Assembly (NCBI GenBank): GCA_963716745.1
Contig: OY970320.1
Coordinates: forward strand, 160,001-224,000
Direction: 5' to 3'
DNA length: 64,000 nucleotides
Source of the DNA: an uncultured Gemmatimonadaceae bacterium
GTDB taxonomy: Bacteria > Gemmatimonadota > Gemmatimonadetes > Gemmatimonadales > Gemmatimonadaceae
Positions 63,069 to 64,000 of this stretch are shown in pieces (within the stretch, counting starts at the first letter, position 1; each line of letters begins with the position of its first letter). The position numbers were made by a program, and so were the translations under genes. Below the pieces are notes generated by a model. It was not told where the DNA came from and did no database searches. It was given only the letters and a program-made list of their open reading frames with translations.

Positions 63069-63783
63069 CGACGCTCCGCGCGCCGGCCGCGCCAACGATG
63101 CTCTGCGACCGGTAGCGCTCGAGCGCGGCGCCGCGCCGAATGCCGAAGGCTCGTGCCTCATCGCGTTCGGCTCCACGCGCGTGCTCTGCACGGCGTCGGT
63201 CGAGGACGGTGTGCCCGGCTGGAAGCGCGGCAAAGGCGAAGGCTGGCTTACCGCCGAGTACGCGATGCTTCCGCGTGCGACGCACACGCGTACCGCGCGC
63301 GAGCGCGCCCAGCTCGGCGGCCGCACGCAGGAGATCCAGCGCCTCATCGGCCGCAGCCTGCGCGCGATGCTCGACGATTTCAAGTTCGGCGAGTTCACGA
63401 TCAAGGTGGACTGCGACGTGTTGCAGGCCGATGGCGGCACGCGCACCGCGTCGATCACCGGCGCCTGCGTCGCGGTGGTCGATGCCTTCGACTGGCTCGT
63501 GAAGCGCGGCTCGATCGCGAAGACTCCCGTACGCCGCCGCGTCGCGGCGGTGAGCGTCGGGATGATCGGCGCGGAGACACGGCTCGATCTCGAGTACACC
63601 GAGGACGTGCGCGCCGACGTAGACATGAACGTCGTGATGACGAGCGAGCATCGCTTCGTGGAAGTGCAGGGCACCGGCGAGCACGGCACGTTCGATCGCG
63701 CCGCGATGGACGGGCTCACCGTGCTCGCGGAGCGCGGGATAAGGCAACTCCTCGACGCGCAGGCCGCGGCGCTCGGGCGGTGA
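63055..63783 (+). CDS. rph: Ribonuclease PH
   Basis: [52 protein letters not shown]. Confidence 0.97.
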   Translation: MTPSSDAPRAGRANDALRPVALERGAAPNAEGSCLIAFGSTRVLCTASVEDGVPGWKRGKGEGWLTAEYAMLPRATHTRTARERAQLGGRTQEIQRLIGRSLRAMLDDFKFGEFTIKVDCDVLQADGGTRTASITGACVAVVDAFDWLVKRGSIAKTPVRRRVAAVSVGMIGAETRLDLEYTEDVRADVDMNVVMTSEHRFVEVQGTGEHGTFDRAAMDGLTVLAERGIRQLLDAQAAALGR

Positions 63784-64000
63784 CGCAGCGCCTCGTGCTC
63801 GCGACGCGCAGCCGCGGCAAGTTGCGCGAGCTCACGCCGCTGCTCGAGGACGCGGGCTTCGAGGCCGTCACGCTCGACGAACTCGGGCTCGCCGAAGCGC
63901 CCGAGGAGGAGGCGATCGAGAAGTTCGACACCTTCGAGGCGAACGCGCTCGCGAAGGCGCGCTATTTCCTGAAACGCGCCAACGGACTCCCCGTGATCGC
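63780..64000 (+). CDS. rdgB: RdgB/HAM1 non-canonical purine NTP pyrophosphatase, 5' part
   Basis: [14 protein letters not shown]...[13 protein letters not shown]; follows rph; runs off the window. Confidence 0.9.
   Translation, partial: MTQRLVLATRSRGKLRELTPLLEDAGFEAVTLDELGLAEAPEEEAIEKFDTFEANALAKARYFLKRANGLPVI

Overview
High-GC (~70%) bacterial core-genome window with densely packed, translationally coupled operons. Gene content and order suggest a Gemmatimonadota-type FCB bacterium (inference). In order: pyrR(3' end)-pyrB-pyrC; a coiled-coil/Zn-ribbon protein; rpsT; scpA-scpB-rluB; an atypical Rossmann protein; a MoxR/DUF58/Bat cluster; mutL-miaA-bshA; two UbiA prenyltransferases around uppP-birA-coaX; CIRCE-regulated groESL; an SLT protein; a roadblock/receiver/ManC/GlmU-like operon; serS, a histidine kinase, pcrA, gatCAB; murA-pgeF; rimP-nusA-L7Ae-infB-rbfA-truB-ribF; secDF-tatD; fhs-ridA-selD-tRNA(Sec); murI; lpxH-like; HEAT-cyclophilin; lptE; rfaE2-rph-rdgB. 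About 20 single-base indels, mostly insertions, break 11 housekeeping genes and are best read as sequencing errors. I found no transposase, prophage, CRISPR array or defence island, and no novel system is clearly established. The best leads are a selD UGA stop in frame with an open frame running through tRNA-Sec into the next gene, intergenic palindromes built from 7-mer and 9-mer tandem repeats, a CdvA-like coiled-coil protein, MurA with Asn at the catalytic Cys/Asp position, and a DGGGP-synthase-like prenyltransferase.
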